Made by a program: the position numbers and the translations under genes
Shown: positions 35,796-36,438 of the stretch, piece after piece
Layout: each line of letters opens with the position of its first letter
Position numbering within the stretch: position 1 is the first letter of the stretch
The notes under the pieces: model-generated
Database searches by the model: none
Seen by the model: only the letters and a program-made list of their open reading frames with translations
Told to the model about the DNA's origin: nothing
Assembly (NCBI RefSeq): GCF_006345805.1
Contig: NW_021829893.1
Location: 1-36,438, forward strand
DNA length: 36,438 bases
From: Octopus sinensis
Taxonomy: Eukaryota
Reading direction: 5' to 3'

Positions 35796-35992
35796 GGGCA
35801 GTTGACCGAATTGCTAACGCGTCGGACATTTGTTCTACTTTTTTACATTCTAAGCTCAAATGCTGTCGAGGTCAACTTTGCCTCTCACCATTTCGAGTCG
35901 ATAAAAATAAAGTACCAGTTGAGTATAGATTTCGATATAATTCACTTGCTCTCCTCCCCTCAAAATTGCTAAACTTTTACCAAATTTAGAAA
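35796..35992 (+). mobile_element. Degraded family-B SINE
   Basis: ...ttctaagctcaaatgctgtcgaggtcaactttgcctctcaccatttcgagtcgataaaaataaagtaccagttgag...cctcccctcaaaatt. Confidence 0.7.
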
Positions 35993-36011
35993 CACCCCCT
36001 CCTCCTTTTCC

Positions 36012-36076
36012 TAATAATAATAATAACAATAATAATAATAATAATTATTATTATTATTATTACTATTATTATTATT
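36012..36076. repeat. (AAT)n-(ATT)n self-complementary microsatellite
   Basis: Strand switch at about 36044. Confidence 0.85.
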
Positions 36077-36225
36077 GGACTATGAGATAGTGGTTTAGCA
36101 TATTCGTCTCTTGATCGTAACGTTGTGCTTGCAATTTCTGAACCGGGCAGCGAATTGGGTCCTTGAATAAGGTACTGCATTTCACCTGGCCCCAGCCTCC
36201 TCAACTGAAAATCAGAGCCTGTCAA
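36077..36225 (+). mobile_element. Degraded family-D SINE 5' part
   Basis: gtggtttagcatattcgtctcttgatcgtaacgttg...gggtccttgaataagg...ttcacctggccccagcctcctcaactg parallels 33413-33735. Confidence 0.6.
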
Positions 36226-36438
36226 CTGATAGTACAAACCTCCCTCCTTCAGGCTGTCGTATGCTTCGCTGTGACACCCAGTCCTCCACTGGATCAAGTG
36301 CGGAAGAGAAGGGTCATTTACTCTCGATAATATAAGGAAATGAAATAACTAAGGAAAGCATGATACAAGTTTCCAAGGTAAGACTAAAAACCAAGGATAT
36401 TCTTCTTCTTATTCTTATTCTTCCTTCGCATTATTATT

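Overview
Very AT-rich, microsatellite-dense eukaryotic DNA with no recognisable host protein-coding gene, rRNA or tRNA gene. The SINE/LINE repertoire and the (TA)n/(AAT)n/(GA)n load suggest an octopus (coleoid cephalopod) intergenic or intronic region; this is an inference. Most ORFs in the supplied track are microsatellite artefacts. Supported elements: (1) two full-length decayed mariner transposons with TIRs and TA target duplications (136-1413, 30987-32241); (2) two different R4/Dong-clade RLE retrotransposons inserted head-to-tail in one (AAT)n tract (7421-10285, 10367-11580); (3) a Penelope-like (GIY-YIG) element forming a near-perfect 1-kb foldback (16085-17156); (4) 3' fragments of a CR1/L2-group LINE and of an RTE LINE with a 12-bp TSD; (5) many tRNA-derived SINE copies, several MITEs and Helitron-like remnants; (6) a ~555-bp unit triplicated between (TA)n tracts. 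The least expected signal is at least five hammerhead-ribozyme-like folds with different catalytic-core variants, mostly within Penelope-type remnants. The best, at 1863-1913, has an intact core and all three helices. All alignments and folds were done by eye, and family names are from recalled motifs rather than database searches.
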